Shown here piece after piece: positions 63,744 to 64,000 of a DNA stretch of 64,000 bases. The notes beneath the pieces were generated by a model, which was not told the origin of the DNA, did not search any database, and was given only the letters and a program-made list of their open reading frames with translations. The DNA is from Malacoraja senta. Its lineage: Eukaryota. The position numbers were made by a program, and so were the translations under genes. The DNA is taken from NCBI GenBank assembly GCA_038087875.1, contig CM075999.1, positions 2,234,001 to 2,298,000 on the forward strand, given 5' to 3'. Positions within the stretch are counted from its first letter, which is position 1, and each line of letters opens with the position of its first letter.

Positions 63744-64000
63744 TCCTCAGAAGCTCTTGAAGAATTCAGAACAGAAATGTAAATAACATTGTGTGACAGA
63801 ATTGTATATAAAATTATGAGAGGCATAGATAGGGTAGACAGTCAGAACCTTTATCCCAGGGTGGGAATGTCCAACACTAGAGGGCGTAGTTTTACGGTGA
63901 GAGGGGGGAAAGTTTAATGGAGATGTATGGGTCAAGTTTTTTACACAGAGGGTGGTGGGTGCCTGGAACATGTTGCCATGGGGTGGTGGTGGAGGCAGAT

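Overview
Eukaryotic, repeat-saturated vertebrate intronic DNA, most likely from a cartilaginous fish (skate/ray-like). This is inferred from HE1-type V-SINEs, HER1/CR1 LINEs and Penelope elements. The only host coding sequence I can support is one 172-bp internal exon of PACRG on the + strand (63162-63333, AG/GT flanked), so nearly the whole window is probably one large PACRG intron. It holds roughly 25 tRNA-derived SINE copies, many 3' fragments of CR1 LINEs (one with a 548-aa open RT ORF), Penelope-like (GIY-YIG) and Rex1/Babar fragments, L1-type 3' ends, PIF/Harbinger-like and hAT/P-like MITEs, mini- and microsatellites, and a tRNA-Cys pseudogene. The most notable signal is a high-copy, non-autonomous, Penelope-derived element carrying a minimal hammerhead ribozyme motif (CTGAAGA-A-GGGT/CTCG/ACCC-GAAA-CGTC). 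It inserts with target-site duplications as head-to-head palindromes and as tandem arrays of a 34-bp ribozyme half. Other points of interest are a tRNA-Cys/CR1 chimera, a YCAY microsatellite abutting the PACRG branch point, an old duplicated exon-like 69-bp unit, and an ~590-bp composite repeat block copied ~36 kb away. Repeat boundaries are read by eye and approximate. No searches were run.
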